Of a DNA stretch of 64,000 bases, positions 59,102 through 64,000 are shown piece by piece. The first letter of the stretch is position 1. The number at the start of each line of letters is the position of its first letter. The stretch comes from Candidatus Bathyarchaeota archaeon (GTDB lineage Archaea; Thermoproteota; Bathyarchaeia; Bathyarchaeales; Bathycorpusculaceae): contig CAWHVC010000001.1 of NCBI GenBank assembly GCA_963832745.1, positions 704,001 through 768,000 of the forward strand. Direction: 5' to 3'. Below the pieces are notes generated by a model. It had not been told where the DNA came from. It searched no databases and saw only the letters and a program-made list of their open reading frames with translations. The translations under genes were made by a program, and so were the position numbers.

Positions 59102-60168
59102 GCCCAACCTTTTCCCCTCCGGCTAAGCATATAAAGGAAGAACGGTGCACCAATCATTGCTGTCAAAATTCCAAGGGGTATTTCTAGGCTTGATGCTGTG
59201 CGTGCGATGTCATCGATAAGTAAAAGGTAACATGCACCCAGCAGAAGGCATACAGGCAAGAGACGCTTGTGGTCAGGTCCAACCAGCAATCGGCTTATAT
59301 GAGGAATAACCAAACCTACCCAGCCAATGATACCACTAAGGCAAACCGCTGAAGCACTCATTAGGGTACAACAAATTACTATTATAATACGAATTTGGCT
59401 AACATTTACGCCTAAGGCTTGAGCTTCTTCTTCACCCATTGCCAAAACGTTAAAGCGCCAACGAATAAGCAAAAGGATAACCGCACCAGTCACCAGCGGA
59501 ACTGCTGCAACCAGCACGTCAATCGTAGTAAGGGAAGCTAAACTACCCATTAACCAGTAAATAATCATTGGCAACTGATTGGTCGGATCAGCGATATACT
59601 CCATCAATGCTAAAGAAGCATTAAAAAAGGAAGAAATTGCTAAGCCCGCTAACACTAAACTAAGAGTACGATTGCCTTTAACCACCTTACTAACACTATA
59701 AACAATAGTTACTGCTATAATCGCGAAACAAAAAGCGAAAGCTTGAATCATAAACTTGTCGCCTGATATCAAAATGGCCAATGCAGCCCCAAAACCGGCT
59801 CCTGCAGAAACACCGAGAATGTCGGGTGAAACCAGTGGATTGCGGAAAAGCCCTTGAAATGAACCGCCTGCCAAAGAAAGGGCTGCACCAACCAAAATAG
59901 CGGCTGATATTCTTGGCAACCTAACGGTCATTACTACATGGTTAGGAATAGTGTCCTGCGCGTGCCCTAAAATGTTAGATACCAAAATATCAACCACATC
60001 ACCAGGAGAAATATGGTATATTCCCAATCCTAAAGATAATACAGTGAGAGACACAAGCAAAACTAGTAAAATCATGGCCACAGGGAGACCCCGGAGTGAT
60101 TTTAGCAAGTGCAAAAGTTTAGTAACACACTGTTTACGGATTTCAATCGTCTTAGTTTTTGCTTTTAT
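59098..60168 (-). CDS. FecCD/BtuC-type ABC permease
   Basis: VRLPRI, FRNPLVSPDILG, GEEEAQALG, IGWVGLVIPH; probable ATA start at 60168. Confidence 0.92.
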   Translation of the reverse strand: MKAKTKTIEIRKQCVTKLLHLLKSLRGLPVAMILLVLLVSLTVLSLGLGIYHISPGDVVDILVSNILGHAQDTIPNHVVMTVRLPRISAAILVGAALSLAGGSFQGLFRNPLVSPDILGVSAGAGFGAALAILISGDKFMIQAFAFCFAIIAVTIVYSVSKVVKGNRTLSLVLAGLAISSFFNASLALMEYIADPTNQLPMIIYWLMGSLASLTTIDVLVAAVPLVTGAVILLLIRWRFNVLAMGEEEAQALGVNVSQIRIIIVICCTLMSASAVCLSGIIGWVGLVIPHISRLLVGPDHKRLLPVCLLLGACYLLLIDDIARTASSLEIPLGILTAMIGAPFFLYMLSRRGKGWA

Positions 60169-60233
60169 GTTCCCACCTCATGTTAAAATAATTTTCAATT
60201 GCTGACTAAAAAAAGGAAAAAGGGATTGTGTGG

Positions 60234-61463
60234 TTAGATGTTTCCTCCGCCAAGTAACGTTTGAACCTGCTCTGCTGTTAAGTCGTAGTGGAAGAACTCT
60301 GAGTAGAATGTCTGCACTTGCGCGTTAAGATCTAAGTCGGTGGTTAAGCTTGGGTAGAGCGTGTGAACCATCCAGTACATGCCCAAAATCTGGCCGGGAC
60401 CTGGTGGACCATCAAACCATGAATACGGATTATCTGGTCTGATTACTACGTTACCGTTTTTAACTGCATCCAGTTGGTTCCAATTTGAACTGCTCATGAT
60501 TGTGTTGTAAAGCGTGGCTTGACTGCCGCGTCCAATTATGATCATGTCTGGGTTCCATTGGTAGATTGCTTCCATAGAGGTTGAAGCCATGCCGTAGCCG
60601 GGCAAAAGTTCAACATTAGCAACGTTTACGCCACCGCAGAATGAAACAAGCATTGTATGCATTGAACCTTGAGGGTCAGTGTTAAGTCCAGCTGAGCCTT
60701 CTGCATAGTAAACTGTGACTTTATCGGCTGGTTGAATGTTGAAAACTTTGGAGGTTACGTAGTTCATTGCGTCTTGGTAATAATTATTGAGTTTTTGCGC
60801 TTGCTCTTGTACGCCCAGCAGGTTGCCTATGAAAGTGATTTCAGCACTGTATTGTGTTAAGTAGTCCCCAGCTTTGCATCCTATCACTGGAACTGAACCG
60901 AACTGTGCTTGGCGTTCTTCAACTTGCTCAAGGGTATTACATGAACCATCTATGATGATATCAGGTTCTGCGGCTAAGAAAGTTTCAATGTTGCCAGTTT
61001 GTTGCCCGAACCAGCCGCCAACTACAGTTAGGTTTGCGTACTGGGTTGGCACATAGGTTGGGTTACCATTAAATGTGAAGGGTATACCGGCAAGCATGTC
61101 TGGGGCTATCATGTAAACGAATTCTGCTTCAATTGGGCCTGTGCATAATACACGGTGAATTGTTGTTGGTACTGTTACGGTTCTTCCATACATGTCAACG
61201 ACTGTTGTTGTGGTTGGAGTCGTTGTCGGGGTAGGTGTCGGGGTTGCAGTTGGAGTGGGTGAAGTGCTAGTGGTTGGGGTTGGCGTTGCAGTTGCTGAGG
61301 GTGAAGGTGACGTAGATTCTGTTGGCGTCGGAGTTGCTGTTGCTGAAGGAGACGGCGAGGGTGAACCTGTTAAGATGTAGGGTGAAGCTAAAGCTGCGGC
61401 TGCTATGATAATTACCAGTGCAATTGCAATAATTATTATGTTCCGATTTTTATTTTCCATCAA
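60234..61463 (-). CDS. Metal-chelate ABC substrate-binding protein with TM anchor and Pro/Ser/Thr linker
   Basis: VDMYGRTVTVP, NIETFLAAEPDII, SMEAIYQWNPDMII, AVKNG, PYSWFDGPP. Confidence 0.92.
   Translation of the reverse strand: MMENKNRNIIIIAIALVIIIAAAALASPYILTGSPSPSPSATATPTPTESTSPSPSATATPTPTTSTSPTPTATPTPTPTTTPTTTTVVDMYGRTVTVPTTIHRVLCTGPIEAEFVYMIAPDMLAGIPFTFNGNPTYVPTQYANLTVVGGWFGQQTGNIETFLAAEPDIIIDGSCNTLEQVEERQAQFGSVPVIGCKAGDYLTQYSAEITFIGNLLGVQEQAQKLNNYYQDAMNYVTSKVFNIQPADKVTVYYAEGSAGLNTDPQGSMHTMLVSFCGGVNVANVELLPGYGMASTSMEAIYQWNPDMIIIGRGSQATLYNTIMSSSNWNQLDAVKNGNVVIRPDNPYSWFDGPPGPGQILGMYWMVHTLYPSLTTDLDLNAQVQTFYSEFFHYDLTAEQVQTLLGGGNI
61201..61365 (-). repeat. Low-complexity Pro/Ser/Thr linker repeats within the binding protein
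   Basis: SPSPSATATPTPT occurs twice, followed by TPTPT runs. Confidence 0.8.
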
Positions 61464-61509
61464 ATTTTCCTCTTAGTAACTTTAGAAAAAAGGCAATCAA
61501 GCCGTATTC

Positions 61510-61538
61510 TATAAGCCTTGGTAAACCGAACTGCTTAC
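61510..61538 (-). promoter_or_regulatory. Conserved operator + TATA box, copy 1 (ABC operon promoter)
   Basis: Minus strand GTAAGCAGTTCGGTTTACCAAGGCTTATA; 25/29 identical to 62327-62355. Confidence 0.8.
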
Positions 61539-61620
61539 ATAATACTATCGTATATGGGTGGCAAGAAAGAAAAACAGGCATAACAGCACGAAGATAAGTT
61601 AGGGCTTAAAAATTAGAAAA

Positions 61621-62283
61621 TTAGAGAGGGCGATAATAAGGACCCTTCAGGCATGCTCTGCACAAAACTTGCCCATCATGCTCAACACTCATCCCACTCA
61701 TAATTTCCTCACCACATTTCGAACAGAAAACTGCAGGGGTATCCCTTGAAGAAATAAGCGGACTATCCCAAGTTACTTTGACAGCTTGAAAATCAAGCAA
61801 CTCTTCAGGAGTCATCTTCATAAAAGCGTTCATCAACACCTGCCTTTCCAGCCGAGACATAGCTTCAACTTTTTCGTTAGGTTTTATAATGCCATCTTTA
61901 ACTGCTAACGCTAAGGCCCTAGGCATAAAATCTTTCCTTGAAAAAACACGGTAACCCTCTCCTGTCCGGCCATCAACAAAAGTGGCGGCTGATTTCCCGT
62001 AATACAGCATTTTGAATTTTCTGCTGCCAGCACTACAGCCTGTAGCAATTTGTATCCCGTCTGCGGGGCACTTGTCATTTTCAACAAAAACTACAAGGTA
62101 CTCTCTTTTGTCTGCTTCAGATAAGTTAAGCAGTTTAAGACCTAACTGAGCCATTTTTATCCCTAAGGGTAAACCTAGACAACGGTGACCACGCAGCTCT
62201 GCTGCTTTTTGGATTAAACCTTCAAAATCGTCAAAATTTACAGGTTTTTGTTCATGATGATGAGGTTTCAGGGGATTGCAAAT
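61621..62283 (-). CDS. fmdE: Second FmdE family protein
   Basis: ELRGHRCLGLPLGIKMA, DKCPADGIQIATGC, CSKCGE...CRAC. The frame is open upstream of 62154; probable ATT start at 62283. Confidence 0.88.
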   Translation of the reverse strand: MCNPLKPHHHEQKPVNFDDFEGLIQKAAELRGHRCLGLPLGIKMAQLGLKLLNLSEADKREYLVVFVENDKCPADGIQIATGCSAGSRKFKMLYYGKSAATFVDGRTGEGYRVFSRKDFMPRALALAVKDGIIKPNEKVEAMSRLERQVLMNAFMKMTPEELLDFQAVKVTWDSPLISSRDTPAVFCSKCGEEIMSGMSVEHDGQVLCRACLKGPYYRPL

Positions 62284-62326
62284 TGTGTGGCTCCTTTTTG
62301 GTTGAGTCGCTTACTCGTGATTACTT

Positions 62327-62355
62327 TATAAGTGTTGGTAAACCGAACAGATTAC
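62327..62355 (-). promoter_or_regulatory. Conserved operator + TATA box, copy 2 (fmdE2 promoter)
   Basis: Minus strand GTAATCTGTTCGGTTTACCAACACTTATA. Confidence 0.8.
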
Positions 62356-62389
62356 CTCTTTAAAAAAAGACGCCTAACTTTCGGGTTTT

Positions 62390-62860
62390 CTATTTGACAA
62401 GCAACTGTCCATCAGGTTTTATCCTCACGGATAAGGGGGAAACTAAACGGTATTGTCTAAGTTTACCCTTCGACTTAACCATAGACAATATACCATTTTC
62501 ATCTATCTTTACTTTGATGCCTAATGCATCTCCGCGCAAGAAAATAAGTCGAGGAACATCATAAAGTGAAGTATGACTGGGCACCAAAAAAACGCCGTCT
62601 TCATGCAAAGATTCAAACGCTTCAATAGTTGCTTGAGCTTCCCAAACAACTTTGTAAGCGTTACGTTCAATAATGCTCACGTTTGCCCGGCTTGTGCCAA
62701 GCAGTTTAGCGACTTTTTCCTGTGTAAATCCACGTTTCCGCAGCAATAAAACTTCCATTTGCCGAGTGGTGAGGTTTGTGCGGCTTTTAACTCGCAACTG
62801 TCTTTTTACGTCTAAGCTGCTTTGGGTTTTTCTGATAATTGACCAGTCAATTACTGTCAC
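62390..62860 (-). CDS. tfx: Tfx family DNA-binding protein
   Basis: LTTRQMEVLLLRKRGFTQEKVAKLLGTSRANVSIIERNA...LYDVPRLIFLRGDALGIKV. Confidence 0.92.
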   Translation of the reverse strand: MTVIDWSIIRKTQSSLDVKRQLRVKSRTNLTTRQMEVLLLRKRGFTQEKVAKLLGTSRANVSIIERNAYKVVWEAQATIEAFESLHEDGVFLVPSHTSLYDVPRLIFLRGDALGIKVKIDENGILSMVKSKGKLRQYRLVSPLSVRIKPDGQLLVK

Positions 62861-63399
62861 TGTTTAGCCTCCCTACATTTAGAATATTTATTAATTATTT
62901 GTCTTGCAGCATAAGACAGGTTCACTTGGGAACCTTTAGTGTAGTAAGTGACATGTTTGATTTCGTTTTTAGGTTCAGCAACGCCATTTACTTTTATTAA
63001 GTATACTTTGTGGTGGTCTTGGAAGAAACCGCCTTTTATGTCTCTTTGAATGCGTCCCTTGCATTCAAAAAGCCAAGAGCACTCAACAGTTTTTAGGCAA
63101 GTTTCTTCTTCAAGTTCTCTTACGGCGGCATCTTTGCGGGTTTCTCTGTTTTTGGCTGCGCCACCTGGCAAATCATATTTTTTCCCGTTTTCGCTTACTA
63201 CAAGTATTCCTTGGGAGGTGTCTACTATTGCGGTGCCTCTTCTACGTGTTCGAAAATGCAGATATCGTTTCCATCGGGGTTTGCTTTTGACTTGTTTTGG
63301 TTGTTCGATAACGTGTGTGTTTGATGATTTTGGTGTGTGGTTGGGGGCTTCGGGTGATTGTAACAGATAGTTAATTGTTTGGCGTTGGTATGCTGTTAT
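62857..63399 (-). CDS. NUDIX hydrolase (start uncertain)
   Basis: RRRGTAIVDTSQGILVVSENGKKYDLPGGAAKNRETRKDAAVRELEEET; the domain begins upstream of the ORF-track start. Confidence 0.85.
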   Translation of the reverse strand: MTAYQRQTINYLLQSPEAPNHTPKSSNTHVIEQPKQVKSKPRWKRYLHFRTRRRGTAIVDTSQGILVVSENGKKYDLPGGAAKNRETRKDAAVRELEEETCLKTVECSWLFECKGRIQRDIKGGFFQDHHKVYLIKVNGVAEPKNEIKHVTYYTKGSQVNLSYAARQIINKYSKCREAKQ

Positions 63400-63534
63400 T
63401 TTTTACAAGCCCCCACTCGATGTTACTGGTTAATAATTTCGGTAATTAAGTCTTACGCCCAAAAAAACAAACTACCAAACATAAAACACATCAAACAACA
63501 CCCATACAAGCAATAAACAGCAATAAAAGTTGAG

Positions 63535-63572
63535 TAAAAAGAGGAGTCACTGGCTTGTAACCAGTGTTCTTC
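63535..63572 (-). terminator. Hairpin plus T-tract after atpK
   Basis: CACTGG/CCAGTG stem followed by TCCTCTTTTT on the minus strand. Confidence 0.5.
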
Positions 63573-63590
63573 GGGGGGTTAACTGTTTAT

Positions 63591-63998
<408 letters not shown>

Positions 63999-64000
63999 TT

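Noticed and set aside
61192-61380. Plus-strand Val/Gly repeat ORF or repeat array
   Set aside because: Antisense shadow of the Pro/Ser/Thr linker; not a CRISPR array or a separate gene

Overview
Archaeal chromosomal segment. Evidence: TATA/BRE-type promoters, ribosomal protein L35Ae, short archaeal-type PurA, Tfx, FwdD/FwdB, A-type ATPase subunit K and SmsCB-type SufCB. Gene content and style suggest Bathyarchaeia, which is an inference. From left to right the window holds: (1) a nitrogen/cation transport island (Lrp, three amt genes with no PII gene, an SLC13/ArsB permease, TrkH); (2) a membrane polyferredoxin/NosD pair, Isf, an aldo-keto reductase and hcp; (3) housekeeping genes; (4) an orphan contractile-injection-system tube + Pvc16-like cap gene pair; (5) divergent PadR genes before a Grs/Gms-family radical SAM enzyme, a flippase-like protein and convergent sufBC; (6) a polyphosphate operon with a CHAD-metallophosphoesterase-HD fusion; (7) a TetR-controlled seven-gene operon built around a reductase-acyl-CoA ligase fusion; (8) fwdDB facing a Tfx/FmdE/ABC transporter/DUF364/CooC cluster. 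Several conserved operator-like motifs are visible directly in the sequence. Several genes carry isolated frameshifts that may be assembly errors. I recognised no rRNA, tRNA, CRISPR array or transposase. All protein calls come from motif recognition by eye, without database searches.
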